DNA of 41,415 bases, taken from the NCBI GenBank assembly GCA_964619725.1, contig CAZUFC010000074.1, forward strand, positions 1-41,415, given 5' to 3'. The position numbers and the translations under genes were made by a program. The stretch is from an uncultured bacterium. Lineage in GTDB: Bacteria > CSSED10-310 > CAZUFC01. The notes under the pieces are model-generated. The model did not search any database and had not been told where the DNA came from. It saw only the letters and a list, made by a program, of their open reading frames with translations. Shown piece after piece: positions 1 through 10,456 of the stretch; position 1 is the stretch's first letter, and every line of letters starts with the position of its first letter.

Positions 1-731
1 GTCGGACTTAACGTCGGTGAATGCGTAGGACTCTGCGTCACCGTCGGACTCAACGTCGGCGTCCGCGTCGGAGTATCAGTCGGGCTCCACGTCGATGTCG
101 GACTTAACGTCGGTGAATGCGTCGGACTCTGCGTCACCGTCGGGCTCAACGTCGGGGTCCGCGTCGGAGTATCAGTCGGGCTCAACGTCGAGGTCGGACT
201 TAACGTCGGTGAATGCGTAGGACTCTGCGTCACCGTCGGACTCAACGTCGGCGTCCGCGTCGGAGTATCAGTCGGGCTCCACGTCGATGTCGGACTTAAC
301 GTCGGTGAATGCGTCGGACTCTGCGTCACCGTCGGGCTCAACGTCGGGGTCCGCGTCGGAGTATCAGTCGGGCTCAACGTCGAGGTCGGACTTAACGTCG
401 GTGAATGCGTAGGACTCTGCGTCACCGTCGGACTCAACGTCGGCGTCCGCGTCGGAGTATCAGTCGGGCTCCACGTCGATGTCGGACTTAACGTCGGTGA
501 ATGCGTCGGACTCTGCGTCACCGTCGGGCTCAACGTCGGGGTCCGCGTCGGAGTATCAGTCGGGCTCAACGTCGAGGTCGGACTTAACGTCGGTGAATGC
601 GTAGGACTCTGCGTCACCGTCGGACTCAACGTCGGCGTCCGCGTCGGAGTATCAGTCGGGCTCCACGTCGATGTCGGACTTAACGTCGGTGAATGCGTCG
701 GACTCTGCGTCACCGTCGGGCTCAACGTCGG
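1..731. repeat. Coding tandem repeat: 96-bp unit in two alternating variants forming a 192-bp higher-order repeat
   Basis: GTCGGACTTAACGTCGGTGAATGCGTAGGA recurs at 1, 193, 385 and 577. The unit encodes TST(W/L)[28 protein letters not shown] on the minus strand. Degenerate P/T repeats continue to about 1200. Confidence 0.95.
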
Positions 732-2540
732 CGTGCGAGTCGGAGTATCAGTCGGACTCCAGGTCGAGGTCGGACTCAACGTCGGTGAACGGGTCGGACT
801 CAACGTTACCGTCGGACTCAACGTCGGCGTGCGCGTCGGGCTTAACGTCGAAGTCGGTGTGCGCGTCGGGCTTAACGTCGAAGTCGGTGTGCGCGTCGGA
901 CTCGACGTGGGCGTCGGGCTCCTTGTCGGGCTCAACGTCGGACTCGGAGTTCGCGTAGGACTCAATGTCGCCGTTGGAGTACGGGTCGGACTCAAAGTCA
1001 CAGTAGGAGTGCGCGTCGGACTTAACGTGGGCGTCGGACTCCTCGTCGGACTCAACGTCGGTGTGGGCGTGCGAGTCGGACTTAATGTCGGCGTGCGTGT
1101 GGGGCTCAAGGTCGGCGTGCGCGTAGGAGTTCGTGTCGGCGTTCGCGTCGGGGTGTTCGTCGGGCTCATTGTCGGCGTTGAAGTGGGAAGCGGGGTGGGC
1201 GGCGGCGGATCGGAATTGAAATATATGTCCAGCGTAGCGTTTCTGCTGTCTGACCAGACTACATACTTTCTGTTCTGGTTTGAATTATAAGCCGTACTGA
1301 CGGTATGATAATGCGCGGCCAAATTTGAATTCGCGTCCGACACCTGGGTGGGGGTTCCCCATGAAGACCCCGATCCTTCTACATACAGGGCTTTGCCGTC
1401 GCTTCTTCTATAAGCGAGTCTCGTAGTGGAGCCGTCCATCCACAAGCGCGGATATTGAAGATTGTAGGACCCGTCCGAAGCGGCAACGTACAGTCCGAAA
1501 TTCAATCCTTCGTCTGTGCTGTAGAAATCAAATATATCCCAGTTTCCAAAATAATCGCTTTCAAAAACAATACAAACATTACTGCCGGCTATTCGCATGT
1601 GAGGTTTTCGGTCGTCCGAAAAATTAAAATGATGATTACTCGTATAAACGAAAGCCGGCCGGGTATAATACCAGTACCCTATATTGCCGTCAGTCGAACT
1701 TATCTGCACCTCACAGGAGACATGCACGTAATTGCCGGAAAATTTAACTGTGGGATAGACGCAATCGTAACCGAATCGAAGCCAGTGAGCGTTCCAGTTG
1801 TTTCCTCCGTCTGTGGTATAAACGGTAAAAATTGAATAATAGGTGTCGCCGGTGTATATGTTCGGCCAGTTGAATGAAATTTCACTGGATGTTCCCACAG
1901 CGATGGAGGGTGATCCGCCGAAACCGCTCATGCTGGGATAACCGCCGAAATAATAGAACCCGTTAGCCCAAAAACTGGTTACGTCATTCGGATTCTCCGT
2001 CCTGATGAATGATCCGTAGGGCGTGCCGCCGATATCAATCGTCACGGCGACATAAACGTAACCGCTTGAATCCACCGTCACTTCTGGATAATAAACCCCA
2101 TTTCCCGAAGTCGTCGCATTGAAATTCCAGGAATATCCGTCCGTCGTCTGGAAAAGAAACATATAACCGTTGGAAGTATGAAAAGCTACATACGTATAAT
2201 TGCCGTAAACCGTCGTCGAAGTCTTCAGTTCATCCACTTCCACTGGAGGGTCACCGAAACTGAAACCTCCCAACAGGTAATCAAACGCATTAAAGGCATT
2301 CGTCTCTTCCAGAAATTCTATCTTTCCCGACCGCTGAAATGTCACTGGCGCAGTCTTTGGCGTCAATCCGTCCGATGAACCCGCGTAAGTCGAAACAGGC
2401 TGGACAGAATTTTGCACATTATACGCCTTACCTGTCTTCCCATTGATCTCCGGCGCCTGTCCTGCCGCACACAACGATGCAAAACCTGAAAAAAACAAAC
2501 AAGCCACAACAACCAAAGCGTTTCTTGAACTAATCCTCAT
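1..2540 (-). CDS. Secreted BNR/Asp-box beta-propeller protein with a very long Pro/Thr/Ser repeat stalk; 3' end lies outside the window
   Basis: ATG at 2540 with AAGGAG upstream. My translation stays open to the window edge (about 846 codons). It begins with the signal-peptide-like [26 protein letters not shown], has Asp-box-like motifs [15 protein letters not shown] and STDEGLNF, and becomes P/T-rich from about 1210 leftwards. It is probably missing from the ORF track because no stop codon lies in the window. Confidence 0.9.
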   Translation of the reverse strand, partial: MRISSRNALVVVACLFFSGFASLCAAGQAPEINGKTGKAYNVQNSVQPVSTYAGSSDGLTPKTAPVTFQRSGKIEFLEETNAFNAFDYLLGGFSFGDPPVEVDELKTSTTVYGNYTYVAFHTSNGYMFLFQTTDGYSWNFNATTSGNGVYYPEVTVDSSGYVYVAVTIDIGGTPYGSFIRTENPNDVTSFWANGFYYFGGYPSMSGFGGSPSIAVGTSSEISFNWPNIYTGDTYYSIFTVYTTDGGNNWNAHWLRFGYDCVYPTVKFSGNYVHVSCEVQISSTDGNIGYWYYTRPAFVYTSNHHFNFSDDRKPHMRIAGSNVCIVFESDYFGNWDIFDFYSTDEGLNFGLYVAASDGSYNLQYPRLWMDGSTTRLAYRRSDGKALYVEGSGSSWGTPTQVSDANSNLAAHYHTVSTAYNSNQNRKYVVWSDSRNATLDIYFNSDPPPPTPLPTSTPTMSPTNTPTRTPTRTPTRTPTLSPTRTPTLSPTRTPTPTLSPTRSPTPTLSPTRTPTVTLSPTRTPTATLSPTRTPSPTLSPTRSPTPTSSPTRTPTSTLSPTRTPTSTLSPTRTPTLSPTVTLSPTRSPTLSPTSTWSPTDTPTRTPTLSPTVTQSPTHSPTLSPTSTWSPTDTPTRTPTLSPTVTQSPTHSPTLSPTSTLSPTDTPTRTPTLSPTVTQSPTHSPTLSPTSTWSPTDTPTRTPTLSPTVTQSPTHSPTLSPTSTLSPTDTPTRTPTLSPTVTQSPTHSPTLSPTSTWSPTDTPTRTPTLSPTVTQSPTHSPTLSPTSTLSPTDTPTRTPTLSPTVTQSPTHSPTLSPTSTWSPTDTPTRTPTLSPTVTQSPTHSPTLSP

Positions 2541-2634
2541 GAATGCTGCTCCTTTTTATAGAATTAAACAATCCTGGTTAATTCAGTAAATCCCTCACTT
2601 TAATCGTCGCCCGAAAATAACTTAACCATATTAT

Positions 2635-2663
2635 TTTATAATGTTTTCAGCTTCAAAAGTCAA
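2635..2663 (-). promoter_or_regulatory. Sigma70-like promoter for the repeat-stalk gene
   Basis: TTGACT-N17-TATAAA on the minus strand, about 95 bp upstream of ATG 2540. Confidence 0.55.
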
Positions 2664-2762
2664 ATCGAATCCAGGAAATTTTTCTTGCTCATCCGTAAGA
2701 TTATGTGCAATCCGCAAAATTGAAAAAGCGCTGGGTTCGAAGGTCCCATTCCAGTGCAGAAG

Positions 2763-5699
2763 CTATTCGTAACTGAAAATAACGGAATCGATATTACCGA
2801 TGAGCGTTCCGGTTTCTTTTTCAAGACATCCCGCCCAGAATTTCAAACCGTATGCCTCACCGGCATTTACCGGCCACACGAATGTCAATATGTTTTGAGT
2901 CGTCGAGTAACCGTCCTGTATCGTCGCTTCCACCCAATCAGCATCCCGGGACCAATCCGGCCAGAAAAAGTAATCTCCCCACACGTCGAAAATAACGAAT
3001 TTCTGAACCAGGACGTCTTCACCCATATGCTCGATAAAGAGATTCAAAATGAACAGGTCTCCTGCCCGAAAGATATCCTGATTCAATTGCAGGTCAGTGA
3101 AGAAATAGTCCGTCGGCGTAGGCGAGAGTGACGGCGCTGCGGTAGGCGGCGTTTCAGCGAGCGTGGGACTGCAGGTGGGCGTATTGGTGGGAGTCAGGGT
3201 CAATATGGGTGTGGCGGTCGAGGTAGGCGTATTGGTTGGAGAAAAAGTCCAGGTAGAAGTGACTGTATGTGTAGGAGACTGCGTGGGAGTATCCGTGGGA
3301 GTCGGCGAAGGGGTCCTGGTTCCGGGATAGGTAGGCATGGGAGTTTCAGTAGGTATAAAAGTGGGCGGAACCTGCCCTTCATATCGGCTGCAGATGGCTA
3401 CGTCATCGATATAGAACCCTTCATAGCTGTATATATAGTCTGATTCCAGGACAAAACGCAGGTAAACCGATTCTTCCTCGTCAGCGATTGAGGAAATATC
3501 GTAAATCATTTCCATCCATTCGCCATCGCTTTCGTATCCTTCGTACAGGGTATCCCAGGATAAGCCGTTCGCACTGATCATCACCCAGGCCTTGTCATAG
3601 TTGTTTTCATTATGCAGCCAGCGTCTGAACCGGAGTTCAGTCTGAGTCACTCCGGTACAATCGAAAGATTGGGAGGTTAATTTAAACAGGCCGTCGTTGC
3701 CGTAGTTTCCATCCAGGTTTGTGCCGTACACACAATCGCCTGTATAAGCCTGCCCCGGTCCGCTCTGAGGCGTGCCGAACTCCCAGCCGCCCGTACCGGT
3801 ATTCTGGATATCCCAATCAGGATCGGAATCGAAACTTTGCAGATAAAGCGGGCATACGTCCATGTAACTGCATACTCCCAGGGAAAAAATTTCCTGGTCG
3901 TCACAGAGGGGTTCATCGGCATACAATGTCAGGAGGAATTCAATGACGTGATTTTCCGGAGCAGCGGCTGAAGCCTGTATTCTGAAGCCGTTATTGAGCG
4001 TCCATCCCAGTCTTCCTCCTTCAATATCGTCAAAGTATGCGGTGTCGGTTATGATCGTAACATAAGGGTCCTGTGTGGATAATTGCGCTGATATTCCGCT
4101 GATTCCCCATGCCGGAGCTTTTAAAGCGACCATGAGATTCGAGGTTTCTCCCGGATCGAGGACCCTGTCGTTGTCTCCCTCCTGATCGTATACGGTGTGG
4201 GACACGTAGAGCAGTCCGTATTCATCCAGGGGCATGAGTCCTGCTAGAAGCGTGATCGGATAATCTCCTATGGTCATAAACATCCTCCTGTCTGCATACC
4301 CCTCGGCTGACGCCAGGAAATGAAAAGACGAAGGATAAGCCGGATATAGAAAACTGCCGTAGACCGGATCGGAGGTGCGCGGAGTTTCTCCGTTTTCCAG
4401 GACCGCCTCCTCAAAAGAGTAAACAGCAGAAAGAGGTTCGCCCGTGCATTCGTCGACGATATGACCTCTGACCATCGGACCGTCGAGGATCAAATCGAAC
4501 AGGGTCATCCATCCCGCCCGGTTTCTCGATACGGTCTGGTTTCTTATCGAATAAGGCGGATAATAGGACCCTGCGTTAACTTCTATCTGCCAGCAAAAAG
4601 TCCCCTGCATCGCATAAAACCAGTCCGTCTCAACTCCATCCGTCGGATACAACACTTCCCACCATACGCCCGAATCATATCCGTATCCGCCGTCCTCACG
4701 TCGAATGCCTGCAGCGATTCTTCGTCCCCATTCGTCGACTGCGTACCTGTCAGGCGTATGCCAGAAGCGGCAACCATAAGGCATAATTAAAAGTTCATCA
4801 AAGCTGTGATAAGACAGGGCCGCCTCGAATCCCACCGTCTCCGCAAGATTCATCACCGCCTGCACTTCCGGTTCAGACCCTGCTTCAGTACCTCGATATC
4901 CAGAACTGCCCGGATCGCTGCTGGAACCGAAACATTCTCCCCATAAAAACGGATAATTATGATCCAGATTAACCCCGTAAGAACCGTCGTAATTTTCCCG
5001 ACGGTTTTTCGTCCACCACATATCTTCCGTCCAGCAATACGCGCTGCCGTCAGGATTCACCATGGGCATTACCCAAATCTGCAGCTCGTTAACCCATTCG
5101 TTTACGTCCGGATCGCCGCCGTAACCTGCAGTCAAATATTCCAGAACGTCCATCGCTATCTCCGTCGACATGATCTCCCTGGCATGATGCAAACCCATTA
5201 TCATTACAGACGGCTCGTCTTCCTCATCCCCAACGTTGTCTGAAACTTTTGCAGCCCAAACAGTCCGCCCTTCATGCGACGTTCCCGCCTCATGCAATTC
5301 GCAAATCTCAGGATAAGAATCTTCATACCATTGCAGCAAACCGACGACCTCTTCATAATCCATATATTGCGGATCGACATCACGATCCTTCATTTCGTCC
5401 GGACTAAAGAGAGTCAAACTCGTCGGAAACCTGGACATCAATATCTCATATCCGCAAGGCCCCGTCAGCAGCTCGACTCTCTTTCCTTCCCCTGAACGTC
5501 CTACCACATCAAATATATCCCTGTTCCACTCCTCATTCTCCTGCAACAGCTCCGAGTAGTCATCCTCATCAACCTGGACGATCCATCGGTCACTGCGGAA
5601 TCCGGCCGTTAATTGTTCTGCCGCCGATACCATAGTCAGCAACAGCAAAATTACTGCTGTAATTCTCTGGAAAAACGATCCGGGGTATTTCGATTCCAT
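2763..5699 (-). CDS. Secreted multidomain M14 zinc carboxypeptidase-family protein (catalytic domain, beta-sandwich domains, P/T linker, C-terminal domain)
   Basis: Signal peptide; HHARE (HxxE), NPDG, SYHS and QIEV motifs of carboxypeptidase T-like M14 enzymes; P/T-rich linker at about 3110-3370. Confidence 0.85.
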   Translation of the reverse strand: MESKYPGSFFQRITAVILLLLTMVSAAEQLTAGFRSDRWIVQVDEDDYSELLQENEEWNRDIFDVVGRSGEGKRVELLTGPCGYEILMSRFPTSLTLFSPDEMKDRDVDPQYMDYEEVVGLLQWYEDSYPEICELHEAGTSHEGRTVWAAKVSDNVGDEEDEPSVMIMGLHHAREIMSTEIAMDVLEYLTAGYGGDPDVNEWVNELQIWVMPMVNPDGSAYCWTEDMWWTKNRRENYDGSYGVNLDHNYPFLWGECFGSSSDPGSSGYRGTEAGSEPEVQAVMNLAETVGFEAALSYHSFDELLIMPYGCRFWHTPDRYAVDEWGRRIAAGIRREDGGYGYDSGVWWEVLYPTDGVETDWFYAMQGTFCWQIEVNAGSYYPPYSIRNQTVSRNRAGWMTLFDLILDGPMVRGHIVDECTGEPLSAVYSFEEAVLENGETPRTSDPVYGSFLYPAYPSSFHFLASAEGYADRRMFMTIGDYPITLLAGLMPLDEYGLLYVSHTVYDQEGDNDRVLDPGETSNLMVALKAPAWGISGISAQLSTQDPYVTIITDTAYFDDIEGGRLGWTLNNGFRIQASAAAPENHVIEFLLTLYADEPLCDDQEIFSLGVCSYMDVCPLYLQSFDSDPDWDIQNTGTGGWEFGTPQSGPGQAYTGDCVYGTNLDGNYGNDGLFKLTSQSFDCTGVTQTELRFRRWLHNENNYDKAWVMISANGLSWDTLYEGYESDGEWMEMIYDISSIADEEESVYLRFVLESDYIYSYEGFYIDDVAICSRYEGQVPPTFIPTETPMPTYPGTRTPSPTPTDTPTQSPTHTVTSTWTFSPTNTPTSTATPILTLTPTNTPTCSPTLAETPPTAAPSLSPTPTDYFFTDLQLNQDIFRAGDLFILNLFIEHMGEDVLVQKFVIFDVWGDYFFWPDWSRDADWVEATIQDGYSTTQNILTFVWPVNAGEAYGLKFWAGCLEKETGTLIGNIDSVIFSYE

Positions 5700-6161
5700 T
5701 AAATTTCTCCTTTGCGATAACTAAGATATGACTGAGGAGACCGGTATTCCATAAATTCCCTCGCATGAAATCTCCAGCATGAAGACCACCTCTATATTAT
5801 CTAATTTACGATTTTAAAAGCAAATACTGCGCCCGTCCGTTCGCCGGATTGACATCATGAGGGAAAAACTCCTAATGTCTCAAACCGTTTCAGGGCTGTG
5901 AAACGCAAGGGTTGGAAGAAACCGCAGCGATGCTTAGGCAGGCTGGAAGCATGCGCTCCCAGTGAAAAGCAACGGCGCTGAATTCAAAAATAAAGGAAAC
6001 GGGTCGAAGGAAACGCCAAGCAAAAGGCCCACGCCGGTTTGATCTGTCCCCAATGTTCTTATATCTGAATTTAAGTTCAAACCCGGTTCGTTTTACTTTA
6101 ATCGAACATTTTGCCATACTTAATTGTTGATTCTATCGGAACAGAAAAGGGAGGTTTCTCG

Positions 6162-9017
6162 ATGAGCGTAACTCAATCCGAATACGTGCTGATAACCGAC
6201 ATAGGAAGCACGACGACCAAGGCGTTGCTGCTCGGCAATAAAAACGGCAAATTCATTTTCTTGGGTCAGGCGGAAGTTCCGACGACCGTGGAGAAGCCTT
6301 TCGAGGACGTCAAGACGGGAATTTTATCTGCAGCCCGGAAATTGGAAGAAGATCACGGTGTAAAACTGGTTGATTCGAATGCGCTCGTTAATGCGGCATA
6401 TTTGACGACGAGTTCGGCCGGCGGGGGTTTACAGATGCTGGTATTCGGGTTAACGAAGAGTGATACCGGGCACGTGGCCGGAATTACCGCACATGGAGCT
6501 GGAGGCGTCATTTTGCGAACGTTGACGATAGATGATGAAATATTACCGGTCGACAAAATGCGATTAATCAGAGACCTCCATCCTGATTTGATATTGATGG
6601 CGGGCGGTATTGACGGCGGAGCCATCGGCGGCGTCGTGCACTTGGCCGAGTTGCTGACGCTGGCTGAGCCTGAACCGAAATTCCGGCAAAATCAGAAAAT
6701 TCCCCTGGTATTCTGCGGCAATAAAAACGCTCGCTATTTCATTTCCCGCGTGCTGCAGGACAGGTTTGAATTGCACATTGTCGACAATGTTCGTCCCGCA
6801 ACGACGGAAGTGAATACGGAACCGGCTAAAAACAAAATTCATCAATTGTTCATGGAAAACGTCATGGAGAGAGCTCCCGGATATGACAGACTCAAACGCT
6901 GGGTCTCCGCCGATATACTTCCCACTCCTACGGGAGTCGAAAGGATTCTCCGGTTATACGCAGAAACAAATGAAAACAATATATTAATGCTTGATATGGG
7001 GGGAGCCACAACCGATATTTTTTCCAATATAAGCGGCGAATATCATCGAACAGTCGCCGCTAACATCGGAATGAGCTATTCTCTGTCGAATATACTGGCA
7101 CAGGCTGGGATCGATGCCGTCATGCGAAGGCTGCCCCGGAATTTTCCTGAACAGGAAGTCAGGGATTACGTCGCCAACAAGACCTTGCATCCCGCCTATG
7201 TTCCGAAAACGTTAAAGGAGCGCATGGTTGAAATTTCTATGGCGATTGAAGGGATAAACATCGCCTGGCATCAACACAAGGAAATGAATTTCAGAACGGT
7301 GAAACTGGGTTTTCTGGATCGTTTGAAGAAAAGAGACATCGACAAATTCGAAGCGATGTTTTCGAGCGTTACCGATGAGCTCTTCCAGTTGTCCGAAGTT
7401 GATATGATAATAGGAGCCGGCGGAGTTATCTCTCATATGTCAAATCCTCTCGAAGCCCTGGTCGCGCTGTCCGACGGATTCAAACCTACAGGCATAACCA
7501 GAATCTTCGTGGATAGATCATTCAAGAGTCCTCACATGGGAGCGCTCTCCGCAAGCGAACCGGAAATCGCGCTGGAACTGTTCAAAAAAGAATGCCTCCA
7601 GGAAATCGGTTATCTTATAGCGCCGGCAGGCAAAGCGGTCCAAAATAAAAATGCGCTGGAAGTTCATGATCAAGAAAATAGCCGAACCTTTGAAATGAAA
7701 TGGGGAGACGTCAAGCTTCTCCCGAAAGGCGGAAATTTCAAATTCACTCCTTTAAAAAATTGCTCGTTGAATAAATCCGAGAATCCCGCCTTGCTCCGCA
7801 CCGGCCTTCCTGTAATGATCGACTGCAGAGGACGGGACAAAAATTTGACAGACATACCGATCAGTTACAGGGACATACTTGATTGGCCCGGTGATTCCGA
7901 ACCGTTTCGTTCCGAGGTGCATCCTTCTTCTCCCGAAATGATTTACGGCAACTTTAAACTGGAAAGACGCTTGCCTTACGAAGGACAAATTTTCGTTCGA
8001 AAGGGAGACGGCGTTTCTCCGGGAACCATCGTCGGAGAAAACCGTTTCGGACCTCCTCGCATGTACGTCATCAATATCCGGAGTCTGGTCGGTTATGACA
8101 GAGAACTGACGGAAGAGGACATAGAAAAGGGACTGCTGGTCAAACCGGGCGACAAAATCAAAGTGGGTCAAAAAATATTCGCTCTCCGCTCCGGCGGTCT
8201 GGTCAATTTCGAATACCTTTACCGCTCGCAGGTGCGTGGAATCGTTACCTTAATTGAAAAACACGGAATAATCGTTGTCAGAGAAATACAGGACTATGAC
8301 GGTAAACCTCATAAAGTGAAAGTATCAAAAGAAATGGAAATAAAACCCAAACATTTGCCCGGACATCTGCGATTCAAAACCGGCGATTTCATCGAAAAAG
8401 GTCAGATACTAGCCAAAGACATCGGAAAAGGCATTTTCGTCAAATCGCCGGCTACCGGCATAATCAAAAATATCGATACAATAAAAGGAACTGTAACCGT
8501 CCAATATGACATCAATCCCGTTCAATTGAAAGCCGGCGTTTATGGTACGATAACCGCGATAAAAGAAAATCTCGGCGTCAAAATAGAGGGACGGGGACAC
8601 ACTATTCACGGCATAATAGGCTTCGGCGGGGAATCATACGGCGAAATCACGCTCCTGCAAAATTCCGGTTCCCTGTTCCGGGACTCCAAAGATAAAATAG
8701 TCGTAACGTTCGACCCCGTTAATACGGCGACACTGCGCAACGCATCGGAAGAAGGCATCGCCGGCCTTATCGCTCCTTCAATTACCAACAAGGATTGGGT
8801 AAATTTCTACGGACATGAAATCGGAGTCGCCTTGACAGGGGATGAGGATATTCCGTTCGTGCTGATCCTTACCGAAGGCTTCGGCAACTTCAAAATGGCT
8901 TCGGAATGCGCTGAATTCCTGAGACACGCTCAAGGAAAAACCGCATCTCTGTCCGGCCGCACCCAAATCAGGGCCGGCGTAATGAGGCCCAGGATCATCA
9001 TTAATGAACGGCCTTGA
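6162..9017 (+). CDS. GlmL/MutL-like (glutamate mutase L family) actin-fold ATPase fused to an uncharacterised ~350-aa C-terminal region
   Basis: DIGSTTTK, SSAGGGL, MAGGIDGG, ILPTP and DMGGATTD motifs. ATG 6162 follows GGGAGG and is preferred to the TTG at 6111. Confidence 0.8.
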   Translation: MSVTQSEYVLITDIGSTTTKALLLGNKNGKFIFLGQAEVPTTVEKPFEDVKTGILSAARKLEEDHGVKLVDSNALVNAAYLTTSSAGGGLQMLVFGLTKSDTGHVAGITAHGAGGVILRTLTIDDEILPVDKMRLIRDLHPDLILMAGGIDGGAIGGVVHLAELLTLAEPEPKFRQNQKIPLVFCGNKNARYFISRVLQDRFELHIVDNVRPATTEVNTEPAKNKIHQLFMENVMERAPGYDRLKRWVSADILPTPTGVERILRLYAETNENNILMLDMGGATTDIFSNISGEYHRTVAANIGMSYSLSNILAQAGIDAVMRRLPRNFPEQEVRDYVANKTLHPAYVPKTLKERMVEISMAIEGINIAWHQHKEMNFRTVKLGFLDRLKKRDIDKFEAMFSSVTDELFQLSEVDMIIGAGGVISHMSNPLEALVALSDGFKPTGITRIFVDRSFKSPHMGALSASEPEIALELFKKECLQEIGYLIAPAGKAVQNKNALEVHDQENSRTFEMKWGDVKLLPKGGNFKFTPLKNCSLNKSENPALLRTGLPVMIDCRGRDKNLTDIPISYRDILDWPGDSEPFRSEVHPSSPEMIYGNFKLERRLPYEGQIFVRKGDGVSPGTIVGENRFGPPRMYVINIRSLVGYDRELTEEDIEKGLLVKPGDKIKVGQKIFALRSGGLVNFEYLYRSQVRGIVTLIEKHGIIVVREIQDYDGKPHKVKVSKEMEIKPKHLPGHLRFKTGDFIEKGQILAKDIGKGIFVKSPATGIIKNIDTIKGTVTVQYDINPVQLKAGVYGTITAIKENLGVKIEGRGHTIHGIIGFGGESYGEITLLQNSGSLFRDSKDKIVVTFDPVNTATLRNASEEGIAGLIAPSITNKDWVNFYGHEIGVALTGDEDIPFVLILTEGFGNFKMASECAEFLRHAQGKTASLSGRTQIRAGVMRPRIIINERP

Positions 9018-9118
9018 GCAAATTCATCAGTAAAACGGAATGTAATGCAGAGCCGGCGTGAATTAGAGCGCGCTGAAACAGGAACGACCGGATTGCTGCA
9101 CCGGGCGCTTGAGTCGAT

Positions 9119-10456
9119 TCACAGATACGCGAGAGTAAGATTGAAAGTCGTCGTTCCCGGCGGTATTTCCGAAATGACTTCCATATCGAATTCCTTGCCC
9201 GTCCAGAAATATCTCCGGACTGATTTTCTCCGGTCGCAGGCGACATAAATATCTGCGACGCCGTCTCCATGAAGGTCTGCGATCATACAAGCATTAACGA
9301 AACCTGTCACAGAGCGATCAATTAATACCGGACTCCAGCCGCCGTCTTCGGTCCGCTTCAGCAACCATAAGCCGGTAAGACCGCAGGAGGCCGCCAGTTC
9401 TTTCACCCCGTCGCCGTCCACATCCCCCGGAACCAGAAAGCGACATCGTTTCTCCGCTCCTATTTTTGCTGTTACTGAAGAAACGATTCCTCCCTCTTTA
9501 TATTCATACTTCTTAATTATCAGGGCTGTTTTCGTTCTATTCTCATCAGGAGGCGACGGCGCCTGCATAGCTGCATACAAAGCCGTTTTTCCGTCTCCTT
9601 CCATATCAGCAGCCAGTATTTCTTTGGCGTGAGTGTATTCCGGAGCATCGATCAGCTCTTTGACGAAATCTTTGCCGTTCCATTTATACATTACAATCGT
9701 TCCCATTTGCGGTTGAAGGCTTATTTTATTCGGTTCCGAAGGAGTAGCGAAAAATTCGTTCATTCCATCTCCGTCTATATCGCCGATTTCTATCTCGTGA
9801 ATGAAGGTATCCGGTTTCGGCTCCAGTTCGGTCGGCGCCGGACCTGTTTCACCTTCCTCAAGTATAACGATCACGCCCTGGTCATGCGTTCCGAGAACCA
9901 TTTCAGGCTTCCCGTCTCCCGTCACGTCCCCTATTTCAATATCGCGAAACCTGTCCCACTTCCCGCCGAATGACTTTTCATACAACGTCTCGGATACCCA
10001 CTCGCCGTCGATTTTCCTCCAGAATTTCAACATGGCTTTGTTCGCGCCTATAGTCAGTATCCCCGATTCTCCCTTAAGCTTATACCCTACGGCTTTATGA
10101 AAAGCATTACTGTCGGGGTCTTCGATCATCTCGGAAACCCAGCCCCTCTCCGTTAAACGAATTATTTTCAACCGCGCCGGGGAAATTTCCCGCTTCTTAC
10201 CGAATTCCGACGACATTTTTACTTCCTGGTGAGCCTGAGACAGCAGCAACGCCGGCTCTTCCTTCTCTGGAAATTTCGTTCCCTCATTATTCTTTTTCAC
10301 CGCTGCAACCGGCTCCTTGTCGCTTATAGTTTCTCCGGACTTCTGTCTTGAACATCCCATCACGAAAAACAATATCGCCATCGCTATACAAAACTGAAAA
10401 AATTTCATCTTCCCTAATGAATCCATAACAGCCGATTTAATCCCGATTGCTCTCAT
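9119..10456 (-). CDS. FG-GAP/VCBS-repeat beta-propeller lipoprotein
   Basis: Lipobox-like FVMGC; repeated GDVTGDGKPE, GDIDGDGMNE, ADMEGDGK, GDVDGDGVKE and ADLHGDG loops. The start could be the ATG at 10408. Confidence 0.8.
   Translation of the reverse strand: MRAIGIKSAVMDSLGKMKFFQFCIAMAILFFVMGCSRQKSGETISDKEPVAAVKKNNEGTKFPEKEEPALLLSQAHQEVKMSSEFGKKREISPARLKIIRLTERGWVSEMIEDPDSNAFHKAVGYKLKGESGILTIGANKAMLKFWRKIDGEWVSETLYEKSFGGKWDRFRDIEIGDVTGDGKPEMVLGTHDQGVIVILEEGETGPAPTELEPKPDTFIHEIEIGDIDGDGMNEFFATPSEPNKISLQPQMGTIVMYKWNGKDFVKELIDAPEYTHAKEILAADMEGDGKTALYAAMQAPSPPDENRTKTALIIKKYEYKEGGIVSSVTAKIGAEKRCRFLVPGDVDGDGVKELAASCGLTGLWLLKRTEDGGWSPVLIDRSVTGFVNACMIADLHGDGVADIYVACDRRKSVRRYFWTGKEFDMEVISEIPPGTTTFNLTLAYL

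Noticed and set aside
1-760. CRISPR array
   Set aside because: The units are contiguous 96/192-bp in-frame coding repeats with no unique spacers, and there are no cas genes.
671-2378. Short listed ORFs here (VGVRVG-rich, SDST-rich and others)
   Set aside because: They are antisense or off-frame shadows of the long minus-strand P/T-repeat gene, which has an RBS, a promoter and a signal peptide.
9015-9248. Selenocysteine read-through of the GlmL-like TGA stop into in-frame ORF 9045-9248
   Set aside because: The extension would run antisense into the FG-GAP gene, there is no redox motif, and no clear SECIS hairpin follows the UGA.
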